64,000 nt of DNA from Longimicrobiales bacterium (GTDB lineage: Bacteria; Gemmatimonadota; Gemmatimonadetes; Longimicrobiales; Gaopeijiaceae), in the NCBI GenBank assembly GCA_965248195.1, contig CBDFIQ010000001.1, positions 160,001-224,000 of the forward strand. The letters run 5' to 3'. The notes under the pieces were generated by a model. The model ran no database searches and had not been told where the DNA came from. It saw nothing but the letters and a program-made list of their open reading frames with translations. The translations under genes were made by a program, and so were the position numbers. The first letter of the stretch is position 1, and each line of letters opens with the position of its first letter. Below, piece by piece: positions 18,407 to 28,133 of the stretch.

Positions 18407-19654
18407 CTAGCTTTCGCTCCCACCTTCCTTGAACACGATCGTCACCGGACTCCCCGTCTCCACCACCTGGCCCGTCGGCGTCAGCTCGCCCGTCTCTTGA
18501 TCGATTCGGAAGGTGACGACCATGTCACTCCCCTGATTGCACGCGTAGAGCAGCGTCCCGGTCGGATCGAGCCCGAAGTAGCGGGGTTGCTCGCCCTGAG
18601 TGGACTCCCAACCCACCGGCGTCACCAGGCCGCTGCTTTGGTCCACCGCGAAGATCACGATGCTGTTGTGACCCCGGTTCGAGCCGTAGAGAAACTCCCC
18701 CCCAGGGTGCACCTTGATCTCCGCGCACGTGCTCTGCCCCGTGAAACTGGACGGTAACGTGGAGGATACTTGTAGCGGGCTCAGCTCCCCGTGGTCCGCA
18801 TCGTACCCGTAAGTGGCCACCGTGGAATCCAGCTCGTTGATGACGTAAGCGTACGGCAGACTCGGGTGAAAATCCACGTGCCGTGGGCCGGCGCCCGGCC
18901 GGGTGGCAACGAACGGTGGGTCGGCCGGCACCAAAGCGCCGGTTGCGGTGTCGAGCCGGAACACGAAGAGGCTATCCAGACCCAAGTCCGGCACGACGAG
19001 GAAGCGCCCACCGGGGTCAAACGGATTGTGGTGAGGGTTTGAGCTCGTCTGCCGGATCGGATGCGGCCCCGGCGTGCCCTCCAGCTCGACGAGATCGCTC
19101 CGGAGCGCGAGAGAGCCGTCGGCGTTGATCGGGAGCACCGCCATCGAACCGGAGCTGTAGTTGGAGACCACCAGGAATCGGTTGGTCGGATCGACCGCCA
19201 AATGTACGGGATTCTCTCCTCCCACCTCCTGCTGATTGAGCCTGGTCAGGCGACCGCTCTCCGGGTCGATGACGAACGCCGTTGCATACGTCCTCCCCCC
19301 ATGGACCGAGTAGAGAAAACGCTGGCGCCGGTCAAGAGCGAGAAACGAGGGGTTCTCGAGGCCTGCGACGAGTTGGACGTGCGACCAACGGCCCGAGGCC
19401 GGGTCCATTCGGTAGACGTTGATGCCCTCGCCGTTCCCGTCGCGGTCCGGCGTGCTGTAGCAGCCGACATAAGCGTAAAGCGCGCCGCCCACGCCCCCCT
19501 CCGCCATCACCCGCGCCGCCCGCGAAACGCACCCCGGCACGGCCAGCACGGCGACGAGACTGCCCACACCGCCCAAGAAGCGACGGCGCGGAACCGAACG
19601 ACTCTCCTCCGCCTCGAAAGGCCCGTCGGCTTGTCGGATAACTGGATCGGACAT
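18407..19654 (-). CDS. Tat-exported lactonase (6-phosphogluconolactonase/cycloisomerase family)
   Basis: RRRFLG Tat motif. YVGCY, SNYSSG, PDLGLD, GAGPRH, NELDST and SNRGHNSI motifs. Confidence 0.9.
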   Translation of the reverse strand: MSDPVIRQADGPFEAEESRSVPRRRFLGGVGSLVAVLAVPGCVSRAARVMAEGGVGGALYAYVGCYSTPDRDGNGEGINVYRMDPASGRWSHVQLVAGLENPSFLALDRRQRFLYSVHGGRTYATAFVIDPESGRLTRLNQQEVGGENPVHLAVDPTNRFLVVSNYSSGSMAVLPINADGSLALRSDLVELEGTPGPHPIRQTSSNPHHNPFDPGGRFLVVPDLGLDSLFVFRLDTATGALVPADPPFVATRPGAGPRHVDFHPSLPYAYVINELDSTVATYGYDADHGELSPLQVSSTLPSSFTGQSTCAEIKVHPGGEFLYGSNRGHNSIVIFAVDQSSGLVTPVGWESTQGEQPRYFGLDPTGTLLYACNQGSDMVVTFRIDQETGELTPTGQVVETGSPVTIVFKEGGSES

Positions 19655-19666
19655 GGGCGCACTCCG

Positions 19667-19728
19667 GGATCAGACCGAACGTCAACATCCGAGAGGGGGC
19701 CGGTAGGCGCAAGCCGAAGCCGGCCAGA
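19667..19728 (-). promoter_or_regulatory. Conserved promoter-like element, copy A
   Basis: TTGCGC-N17-GATGTT, ending 12 nt before the lactonase ATG. Near-identical to 51208-51268 and 51762-51814. Confidence 0.65.
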
Positions 19729-19909
19729 CGCTCAAAATCGCCGTTTAAGCGCTACCCCTGGTCGCCACTCCTGAGCGTGGCTCTTCCATCATCTAGCTCG
19801 ATCATCGTGCCGTGGCGACACTCTTGTTTGCGGCGCTCCGGACTGGGGGGCACTTTGAGTGTGGATGAACGGTGGGCCGCTAGGACCAACCTTTGCAACG
19901 GACGATCGA

Positions 19910-21040
19910 ATGATGAGGAAAACGTATGCTGGGTCGAGAAATCCGGTCGGAGCGCTGAGTGTGCTGACAGTTCTCGCGATCTGTGCTGTATTCACACGCC
20001 CTGGCCTCGCGCAGCAAGCCGATGATATGACGTTCAGGCTCCTGACCTTCGATATCGGGAACAGCGGCCCGCGCTTGGGAGCCACTCGGGGAGACGGTGA
20101 CCAGGACATTGTCGATGTCCACAACGCGATCACCTATCTGTATCGGTCAGGCGTGTCCGACTTGCCGGCGATTCCCATCGATATGCGATCGCTTATCGAG
20201 GCGGGCGATGTGCCGATCCAGGGAGTCCGGGATCTGTATGATGCCATAACTCGTGCCCGTGCCTCTGGGGGCTTTGCAGAGCCGGGCGGTAGTCGCCGCG
20301 TGTTTCACCCTGCGACCGGCGTCCGCTACCTCCCCCCGATCACAAACCCCTCAAAGGTCCTTGGCCTGGCGGGGGCTTATCAGAGGCGACAGGCCGATGG
20401 CACGCCGGGTGGTTTCGATGCTGCGGAGTACCCCAGCTTCTTCTTCAAATCTCCGGCGTCGCTCACGGGTCACGAGAGCGACATCAATCTTTGGGGGCTC
20501 CTCACGAGGGGAGTGTACGAACCGGAGTTCACCGTGGTTATCGGCAGGACTGCTCGGGCCGTGCCGGCGTCGGAGGCTTTGGACTATATCGTGGGCTATA
20601 CGATGGCGAATGACGTGAGTTCGCGTGACCTGCCACAAGGAAGTCATAGTCAGCAGGGTGGGTCGATGAGTAAGTCTCTGGATACCTTTACCCCTTTGGG
20701 GCCGTATATCACGCTGAAAGAGGACGTCCCGAACCCCAACGCCCTAGAGGTCTACGGGACGGTGAACGGGGTGCGTCATGAATGGCCGATCCCGAACGGG
20801 AACACGTCGTTTCTGACCTTCACGGTGCAAGAGTCGATCGCGTACCTCAGCGAACGGATCACGCTTCTGCCGGGGGATATCGTCCTTCTGGGTGTGCCAC
20901 AGCCCTCGATGTTCTTCGCAGAGGGAGAGACGGTCGAGGTGATCATCGGAAACCTGGGAACGCTGCGGAATCACGTGGTATCGGTTCCGGTACCCGGACA
21001 TGTGCCGATTCCTCCCCGCCGCGTGAGCGCCGGTAGATGA
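19910..21040 (+). CDS. Fumarylacetoacetate hydrolase family protein with signal peptide
   Basis: FFKSP, YEPEF, NDVSSRD, SKSLDTFTPLGP and LLPGDIV motifs. N-terminal signal peptide ending GLA-QQ. Confidence 0.82.
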   Translation: MMRKTYAGSRNPVGALSVLTVLAICAVFTRPGLAQQADDMTFRLLTFDIGNSGPRLGATRGDGDQDIVDVHNAITYLYRSGVSDLPAIPIDMRSLIEAGDVPIQGVRDLYDAITRARASGGFAEPGGSRRVFHPATGVRYLPPITNPSKVLGLAGAYQRRQADGTPGGFDAAEYPSFFFKSPASLTGHESDINLWGLLTRGVYEPEFTVVIGRTARAVPASEALDYIVGYTMANDVSSRDLPQGSHSQQGGSMSKSLDTFTPLGPYITLKEDVPNPNALEVYGTVNGVRHEWPIPNGNTSFLTFTVQESIAYLSERITLLPGDIVLLGVPQPSMFFAEGETVEVIIGNLGTLRNHVVSVPVPGHVPIPPRRVSAGR

Positions 21041-21052
21041 GCGTGTGTTAGC

Positions 21053-21814
21053 TCAACTCCGGCAATCTTCGACCGAATCGATATCCTGGAATCGCACGTA
21101 CTCGAACTGGCCTTCGACCTCGGCAGTGCCGGCCAGATAGTCGTTGATCATGACACCGGCCCCGAGCCTGGTTCCGATGGCGTGTGTAAAGTTGTTCCGT
21201 TCGGTCCACGCCGGATCGGCGTCCAAGCGGGTGAAGACAGTGATGACGTCGCCGACCACGCACAGTCGCACGCTACCGGAGAACTCCTGTCCGGTTGGGT
21301 ACAGGGTGAGCACGGAGTTGTCATTGACGGTTGTCTTGTCTTCGAAGCCAAGCACGCCGTTTTGCAGCCCAATGTTCGCCACGACCCAATCATTCATCCG
21401 AGCGACGTCGGGGTAGATGACCAGTCCTGCCGAATGAAACGTTTCGGTTGGCGCACCACCGGACACGGGGTCCACCACCGTGATATGGGCCTCGATCAGG
21501 AAACTCGGGTTCTCGGCCGACTCGATGTTCTTGAAAAGGCTCAGGCCTTTGTTGCCATTTAGGAAGTAGTGATCCTGCAAAGGGCGAAGCAGCAGCTGGC
21601 CTCCGTTTATCGAGACCGATCCGTCGGATGGGTCCCCTTCGACCTCGGCACGGATCAGCCACGTCGAGATCGAGCTCGGATCGCTAAACTCGTCGCTAAG
21701 CCCGCTCAACTCCGGGTCCCCGTCCGTAACGAGATTTACCCCCGTGCTTGTGCCGCAGCCAGCGAGTACCATCATCAAGCCAAGTCCACGTGCCACCGTT
21801 TTGTGAAAGACCAT
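21053..21814 (-). CDS. Putative lipoprotein with beta-sandwich (ConA-like) domain
   Basis: LAGC lipobox. Beta-rich sequence with SAGLVIY. Confidence 0.6.
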   Translation of the reverse strand: MVFHKTVARGLGLMMVLAGCGTSTGVNLVTDGDPELSGLSDEFSDPSSISTWLIRAEVEGDPSDGSVSINGGQLLLRPLQDHYFLNGNKGLSLFKNIESAENPSFLIEAHITVVDPVSGGAPTETFHSAGLVIYPDVARMNDWVVANIGLQNGVLGFEDKTTVNDNSVLTLYPTGQEFSGSVRLCVVGDVITVFTRLDADPAWTERNNFTHAIGTRLGAGVMINDYLAGTAEVEGQFEYVRFQDIDSVEDCRS

Positions 21815-22207
21815 GTGCCGCCTTCATCGGTATCGGAATCCAAAATTCTGCAGTCGCCACATCGCGACAGACGCACGCCCCACTAATTAACGTTGCACAC
21901 GCTGGGCGCTTTGTATCAAGTGAAATCTTGCTCCGCCGAAGGAGTAGCTTGAGATGACTGATTACCCTCACCAACAATCGTTGCGGAACTCGTGGAACGG
22001 CTTAATATCGGTTTGGGTGCGTCGGAGATGCTGATGCCCGCGTATGCTCTGAACCCAGGACAGCTCTTCCTGGATCAGGAGGACTTAGAACGGCGGGTCG
22101 GGTGACGACGCGCTTCCCGCCCGGACTCTAGCGTTGGAGCTCGGATCGCATCCGGCGGGTCTGCTCAGCGTGCAACGAGTCAACAGAATCACAGCGGAGG
22201 ACGAATC

Positions 22208-23722
22208 ATGGTAACGCGATTTTGGCTGTCACTGAGCCTCACCGCACTGACGGCAGGATCAGCTGCGGCGCAGGATGTACGCAGCGTCTTGCAGACCGCC
22301 GCGACCGCGATGGGCGCGGCCAACATGGAGTCCATCCACTACTCCGGCACCGGTTGGCAAGGCATGGTCGGGCAGAATGTCGCGCCGGATCAGGATTGGC
22401 CGCGAGTGGACCTGACGAGTTATTCCATGACGATCGATTTCGAGACGATGTCCTCGAGAGAGGAATACGTCCGGGTACAAGGCAACAATTCGCGCCAAGG
22501 TGGCGGCCGCGGGTTCCCGTTCCTGACCGAACAGCGGGTCACCAATCTCGTCAGCGGCGACTACGCTTGGACCTTGAACGCGCAGGGACAACCGGCTCCG
22601 CAGCCGGCCGCCGCTGAGCTGCGGCGGCTCGAAATCTTCCTCACGCCCTGGGGGTTCCTCAAGGGCGCGATGGCGCCTGGCGCCAACCCGACCATGGTCT
22701 CTCGCAATGAGTATGGAGGCAGGGTGAGCGTGGTCTCGTTCGTCGCCTTCGGGAAGTACCGGGTGAACGGAACGATCAATCGTCAGAATCTGGTCCAGCG
22801 CGTGCAGACCTGGATTCCCAATCCCGTCGCTGGCGACCTGTACTATGAAAACGTATACACCAATTACCGGGATATGGGCGGTGTGAAGATTCCCCGGTTT
22901 CATCAGCATCAGGATTATGACGATGGCGCGCACGCACCGAATGTCAGCGGCGGCGACCATTCGTTTGGTCTGGAAACCGTCTCGGACGTTCAGGTGAATG
23001 TGGCGAACGCCGCACTCACGGTCCCGAACGAAGTGCGGAGCGCCCGCCTTGAGCCTGTCCGCGTGCAGTCACAAAGGTTGGGCGATGGCTTGTGGTTGAT
23101 CGGGGGCGGCTCCCACAACAGCGTGGCCGTCGAGTTCCGCGACCATGTGGCTGTTATCGAGGCACCGTTGAATGAAGAACGGTCACTTGCGGTGATCGGC
23201 GAAGTGAACAGGCTCATTCCAAACAAGCCGATCCGGTTTATCGTGAATACGCACCATCACTGGGACCATATGGGTGGAATCCGCGCGTATGTCCATGAGG
23301 GCGCGACCATCATCACCCATGAAGGCAACCACCCTTACTACCAAGAAGTCTTGCGGGCAGGGCCGTGGACCTTGCAGCCCGACCGGTTTTCGTTGTATCC
23401 GCCGGAGGAGTGGTCGGAAGGATACATCTTCGAGACAGCGCGGGACAAATACGTGCTCGCCGACGACACGAGAACGGTCGAACTTTACCGCGTCCAGGGT
23501 CTCGCCCACGCTGCGGGCATGCTGATCGCGTATATCCCGAGCGAGAAGATCGTCGTGCAGGCCGACCTATACAATCCGGGAGCGCAAGCCCCCAACGCCA
23601 GCAGCCGGACGTTTTACCGAAACTTGCAGCGCCTGGAGCTGGATGTGACGACCATCGTGGGTATCCATGGGAATCCAGTTCCGATGGCGCAATTCGTCGA
23701 GTTCGCGAGCAGAGGTCAGTGA
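22208..23722 (+). CDS. Exported MBL-fold metallo-hydrolase
   Basis: GGAGG RBS, signal peptide, THHHWDHMGG motif, QADLY, GIHG. Confidence 0.88.
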   Translation: MVTRFWLSLSLTALTAGSAAAQDVRSVLQTAATAMGAANMESIHYSGTGWQGMVGQNVAPDQDWPRVDLTSYSMTIDFETMSSREEYVRVQGNNSRQGGGRGFPFLTEQRVTNLVSGDYAWTLNAQGQPAPQPAAAELRRLEIFLTPWGFLKGAMAPGANPTMVSRNEYGGRVSVVSFVAFGKYRVNGTINRQNLVQRVQTWIPNPVAGDLYYENVYTNYRDMGGVKIPRFHQHQDYDDGAHAPNVSGGDHSFGLETVSDVQVNVANAALTVPNEVRSARLEPVRVQSQRLGDGLWLIGGGSHNSVAVEFRDHVAVIEAPLNEERSLAVIGEVNRLIPNKPIRFIVNTHHHWDHMGGIRAYVHEGATIITHEGNHPYYQEVLRAGPWTLQPDRFSLYPPEEWSEGYIFETARDKYVLADDTRTVELYRVQGLAHAAGMLIAYIPSEKIVVQADLYNPGAQAPNASSRTFYRNLQRLELDVTTIVGIHGNPVPMAQFVEFASRGQ

Positions 23723-24873
23723 TACGCGGAGGCCGGGAACGAAAAGCGGATGAAGGGCTGGAAACCTATATCGCGGACGATACGATTATCGACCGCATCC
23801 TCCAGAGGAAAAGTAGGGGGAGGCAGCCCGCCAGGAAGGTCGATTTAAGAGGGGTTCTCAGGGAAATCCTGCTGAGGGCGAACGAATTCGTCCCTTCCGA
23901 TTCCGGCTCTATTCTCCTCGACGACCCTCTCCTGAAATGGGACGAGGATCAAAAGGGGAAACTTTATTTTCTGGCCTGCTTCGGGGCCGGCTCGTCGGCG
24001 CTTGCGGGCACCCACCTTCCTGACGATGTGGGGATCGCTGGGGCCACCTATCAAAGCGGTATGCCTTATCTCAGCAAAGACGTCTCGAGAGACGACAAAT
24101 TCTACGACGTAATCGACAAACAGACCCAATACGAATCGAAGTCGATTCTCGCCATGCCGATCAAGATCGACGACTCGGTCGTCGGCATTATCGAACTGAT
24201 CAACAGGAAGGAAAAGGTCAATTATGACGACAGGGACCTCTCCATCCTCGAAATTTTTGCGAGCTATACTTCCACACTCATCAAGAATGCGCTCGACGCG
24301 AGACGCTTTGAGGACCTGTCCAAAGAGGACAATCTGACGGGCCTCTACAACGATCGGTATTTCCATGAAAGACTGGACATGGAAACGCAAAAAGCGATCG
24401 ATGAGGGGGGCGACCTCTCGTTGATATTTTTCGACCTCGATCACTTCAAGGAAGTGAACGATACGCACGGGCACCTCATAGGAAGCCAGGTGCTCAAGGA
24501 GGTGGCCATCATCGTAGAGGAGGTGTTTCTCGATTCAGGCGCGGCGTTGGCCAGGTACGGCGGGGATGAATTCGTGATTCTCATGCCGGGATACCCACTC
24601 GAAAAAAGTAACGACTATGGTGAAACGCTGCGGGAGGCCATTGAAAGGAATGTTTTTGTCAGGGAAGGGCCTTCCCCGGGAGAACCGCCCCTGAATATCG
24701 AAGGGGTGATTACCTGCAGTGTGGGGATCGCCTCTTTGGAGAAAGAGGAGGGGAAAGAGCTGAAGAAAATGAAGGAGGCTCTCATCCGTGCGGCAGACAG
24801 CGCCATGTACCGAGCAAAAGACCTCGGGAAAAACCGGGTCTCCCTCGATAAAGACTTGGAACCGTCCGGCTAA
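23719..24873 (+). CDS. GAF-GGDEF diguanylate cyclase
   Basis: GAF domain (SILAMPI..GIIELIN), DNLTGLYN, DLDHFKEVNDTHGH, RYGGDEF, ADSAMYRAK. Start uncertain (GTGA overlap). Confidence 0.88.
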   Translation: MIRGGRERKADEGLETYIADDTIIDRILQRKSRGRQPARKVDLRGVLREILLRANEFVPSDSGSILLDDPLLKWDEDQKGKLYFLACFGAGSSALAGTHLPDDVGIAGATYQSGMPYLSKDVSRDDKFYDVIDKQTQYESKSILAMPIKIDDSVVGIIELINRKEKVNYDDRDLSILEIFASYTSTLIKNALDARRFEDLSKEDNLTGLYNDRYFHERLDMETQKAIDEGGDLSLIFFDLDHFKEVNDTHGHLIGSQVLKEVAIIVEEVFLDSGAALARYGGDEFVILMPGYPLEKSNDYGETLREAIERNVFVREGPSPGEPPLNIEGVITCSVGIASLEKEEGKELKKMKEALIRAADSAMYRAKDLGKNRVSLDKDLEPSG

Positions 24874-24915
24874 CCCCGTTTTGAAACCTGTCTCGTAGCT
24901 CTAGCAGCCTCGGAT

Positions 24916-25341
24916 ATGCGTGAGCGGAAGTCGACGGCAACGTCAGGTTGGGTATTCGCGGATGGTTTTGTCGCCATCACCATCCTGTCGGTAGGAGCCT
25001 TCGTCGTTGTCTCACTTTCCGCCGGTGTCGGTCCTCCGTTCCTTACGACTGCCCTCAGCTACCTGGGTTCTTGTCTCGTAGCGTTTCTTCCGATCCTCGG
25101 CGTCTTTGTTACCGTGGTTCTCGCGAAGGGGGGCGAAGAGCCAGACTTCTCACCGCTCGTGTTTATAATCATGTACGTGGGGCCGGCGATCCTCGGAGCT
25201 GGCGTCTACTACATGATTCATTACATGGTGGGAGTGCAGTTCCTTGTATTCTTGAGCGAATTGCTGGGTGGCTTCGTCGTCTTCGGCGGCGGATGGATGG
25301 TGTTGGTCACTATTATGGAGCGCCGACGGGAGCCTAAGTAA
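24916..25341 (+). CDS. Hypothetical membrane protein (about 4 TM segments)
   Basis: 141-aa strongly hydrophobic ORF. Confidence 0.6.
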   Translation: MRERKSTATSGWVFADGFVAITILSVGAFVVVSLSAGVGPPFLTTALSYLGSCLVAFLPILGVFVTVVLAKGGEEPDFSPLVFIIMYVGPAILGAGVYYMIHYMVGVQFLVFLSELLGGFVVFGGGWMVLVTIMERRREPK

Positions 25342-25395
25342 GGAGATCCGTTAGGCAGTCCGAATAGATAGGAGGATCAGATGGCGTTTCTGGGT

Positions 25396-26771
25396 GGTCA
25401 AGTCCCGATTTGTGTGTAAAAGCGGAGGAAGCTCCTCGCCTTCGGCTAGGCTGCTTGGGCGACCTCCTGTTTCTGGAGGAGTGAGAGGTCGAGGTAACGC
25501 CGGTCGCCCCAGACGTGTGTGGTCCTGAGTGCGACGGCCGTGATGAGCCTGAGGGCGCTGGCCCGGTCCGGGAAGGCGCCGGCGGCCTTGATCCTGCGTT
25601 TGATCTCGCCGTGCAGCCGCTCGAGGCTGTTGGTGGTACGCAGCCGGGGCCAGTGCGCCTCGGGGAACGCGTAGAACTGCGTCGCTGCCCCGAAGCCCCG
25701 CTCCAGGACCTCCACGGCCTCGGGCAGCTCCTTCTTCCAGCGTGCGCCGAACTCGCCCAGGAGCTTCTTCGCCTCGGCGAGTCCGGATGTCTGGAAGATC
25801 ACCGAGACCTCACGCGCCACGCGCTTGCGTAGGCGGTGGGGGACCCTCGCCCCCACATTACGCTGCAGATGGACCGTACACCTCTGACGGCGTGCCTCGG
25901 GCAGGAAGCGGCGGACCGCAGCTGCCAGGCCTGCGTGCTCATCGGCGATCACGAGCTCGACACCGCCGAGGCCGCGGTCCTGGAGTTGCTCGAGGAGCTC
26001 CGACCAGCTCTGCTGCGACTCCTCAGCGCCCAGCGTGACGGCCAGGAGCCGTCGGTGACCCTCAGGGCCCACTGCATACGCCACGAGCGCACTCACGTTC
26101 TCGACTTTGCGGGCCCAGCGGGCGTCCAAGAACGTGGCGTCCAGGTACAGATAGGGGTGAGGCCCCTCGATCGGCGCACGGCGCAGCCCTTCCACGGCCT
26201 CGTCGAGCCGTTTTGCCACACGACTCACCGTCGAGCGCCCAACACGCTCGCCCATCAGCGCCTCGGTGACGTCGCCCATCTTGCGCTGTGACACGCCGCT
26301 CACATACGCCTCGACCATCATCTCGTCGAGCTCGGGGCTCCTGCGCTGGTAGCGGCCGATCACGTCGGCCGGCGAACCGTTGTCCCGGCTCCGGGGCATG
26401 GCGACCTCGATCTGCCCCAGGCTCGTCAGCAGCCGCCTCAGGTATGTGCCGTTCCTATGGTCCTTCCGGCTTCCCACCCGCTCGAAGCGGCGTGCACCTA
26501 CCATGGCCTTCAGCTCCTCTTCCAGCACCATCTCGAGCGTCAGCCGGATCGCGCCTTGAAACAGCTCGCGCAAATCATCGCGTAGCTCGTCTTGCGTGGC
26601 CCGACCGATCTCCACAATCTCTTGCATCGGAAGCTCCTCTCCGGTTCCGAGCCTGCTCTGCAGACCCGGACTCCCGGGTTCATGTGACAGTGAACAACAA
26701 CAGAGGAGCTTCCGTTTTTCTTTCCCTCCTGTCCAGCTTATCCGCTTTTACACAAATCTAGGGACACTACC
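25396..26771 (-). mobile_element. IS256-family insertion sequence, copy 1 (1376 bp)
   Basis: Imperfect terminal IRs GGTAGTGTCCCTAGATTTGTGTAAAAGCGGA / GGTCAAGTCCCGATTTGTGTGTAAAAGCGGA. 8-bp target duplication TTCTGGGT at 25388-25395 and 26772-26779. Confidence 0.96.
25446..26627 (-). CDS. IS256-family DDE transposase
   Basis: RNG, GVSQR, YLDAT, IADEH, QRCTVH and TTNSLERL motifs. Confidence 0.96.
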   Translation of the reverse strand: MQEIVEIGRATQDELRDDLRELFQGAIRLTLEMVLEEELKAMVGARRFERVGSRKDHRNGTYLRRLLTSLGQIEVAMPRSRDNGSPADVIGRYQRRSPELDEMMVEAYVSGVSQRKMGDVTEALMGERVGRSTVSRVAKRLDEAVEGLRRAPIEGPHPYLYLDATFLDARWARKVENVSALVAYAVGPEGHRRLLAVTLGAEESQQSWSELLEQLQDRGLGGVELVIADEHAGLAAAVRRFLPEARRQRCTVHLQRNVGARVPHRLRKRVAREVSVIFQTSGLAEAKKLLGEFGARWKKELPEAVEVLERGFGAATQFYAFPEAHWPRLRTTNSLERLHGEIKRRIKAAGAFPDRASALRLITAVALRTTHVWGDRRYLDLSLLQKQEVAQAA

Positions 26772-27189
26772 TTCTGGGTTGGCTCGGCGCGCTGGTGGTG
26801 CTGCTCGTCGGGGCGCTCATACTGAACGGCGTAAGCCAGTCGCTCGAAGGCCGGGACTCGATCTTCATCCACTACGGATGGGTCGCGCTGATCCTCCTGG
26901 TCGGGGGCGCCCTCTTCCCGTTCTGGGGATGGACGTCGACGGGCTGGGTTCTCGGTGTGGCGGCGGCATGGAGCATCGTGCCGCCCCTTGCGGGCCGACT
27001 CCGGGGCGGCGGGGCGCCCTCCGGATACATTTATCACGGCGACCCGCACGGCAGCGGCGACGCCGAGGACAGTGCTAGGCCGGATGATGACCCGTAAGAC
27101 CACTCCCACCGGACTACCCCCTCGCCAGCCATCTCACGGAGAGTTCGGGGAAGCCACGGCCGGAGGCGATCTGACGGTCTACGTCGACG

Positions 27190-27774
27190 TTGCCTCGCGG
27201 AGGGTGGTGGCCGTTTGGCTGGGCGAATGACCAGCCGCCGAGAACCGCGAGGGGCAGTGACCCTTTTCCATCTTCTTGGTCTGATCGGCGCGGTCGTGGT
27301 AGCTGCGATCGGTTAGAAGGTCGGCGCCTGCTCGGAGTCGTGCTCGGCGTCCCGACCGGATTCCTCGTCGGAGTCTTTGGTCTGGTGGGGCTTGGGCTGA
27401 CCGTGGCGTGGCTCGAGACTCGCCGCGACCAGCTAGCTCTGCGCAGCTCATTCGGCCCGTATTGGCGGGCCGAATACCGCACAGATTGGGAGGAGCTCAA
27501 GGCGTCGCTTCGCCCTGGCACCGTTGTGAATGGAGTTGTGGTCAAAGTGCGATATCACGGCGCTTTCCTTGATCTCGGGGAAGGATTTCCGGGGATTATC
27601 CAGGCCTACCACCTCGTGACTGAAGGTTCCGAGCTGCCGTCCGTCGGTGAGAACGTTCGCGCATGGGTGAAGGAGCATGATGACGACCTTCGGGCGGTAG
27701 TGCTCACGATGAGCGAACGGTCGCTCTCAGGACTCGCTGACGTCCGACCCCCGGATGCTCAGGATCAGCTTTGA
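27190..27774 (+). CDS. S1 (OB-fold) domain protein with N-terminal TM segment; start uncertain, possibly 5'-degraded
   Basis: GTVVNGVVVKVRYHGAFLDLGEGFPGII and VGENVRAWV are S1-like. No convincing start or RBS. Confidence 0.55.
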   Translation: MPRGGWWPFGWANDQPPRTARGSDPFPSSWSDRRGRGSCDRLEGRRLLGVVLGVPTGFLVGVFGLVGLGLTVAWLETRRDQLALRSSFGPYWRAEYRTDWEELKASLRPGTVVNGVVVKVRYHGAFLDLGEGFPGIIQAYHLVTEGSELPSVGENVRAWVKEHDDDLRAVVLTMSERSLSGLADVRPPDAQDQL

Positions 27775-28133
27775 GGTGCAAGGCTCAGTTCGCTGCAACC
27801 GCCAATACGCTCTGCCAGTTCGTGACGACCCGGAGCATCGATACCGGCGGTTCCTCCAAGAGGAAGCGTGGAAAACAATGCCCGGGATGCGGAAACATTT
27901 CCGGCGAATGCCGTTTCGCCTCCGGCGGTTTCCTTTCCGTAACTCGATCCTACTCCTGGCATGGCCATTGCACGAGTTCTGCTATGGAAAGGTCCGTGCG
28001 CGGAGAGGGACATGAGGTCTCCGCTGAGGATTCGGGCTATGGCGCATGGGAGCGGACGCGCCGGAACACGAGTGGAGCGGTAGGCAAAAAGCAGTGATCT
28101 CCGGCGTTTCGCGAAAAATGCACGGAGATCGAT

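Larger units (their letters stand above)
25381..27097 (+). pseudogene. Small membrane-protein gene interrupted after codon 5 by IS256 copy 1
   Basis: GGAGGA RBS and ATG 25381. Removing the IS and one TTCTGGGT copy restores MAFLG-WLGALVVLLVGAL in frame with ORF 26795-27097. Confidence 0.8.

Noticed and set aside
23365..23718. N-terminal extension of the diguanylate cyclase
   Set aside because: Overlaps the MBL hydrolase in another frame and reads as non-protein-like sequence.
27755..28097. Short overlapping ORFs, one with CPGC
   Set aside because: No RBS or recognisable family. May be debris, but a call cannot be supported.
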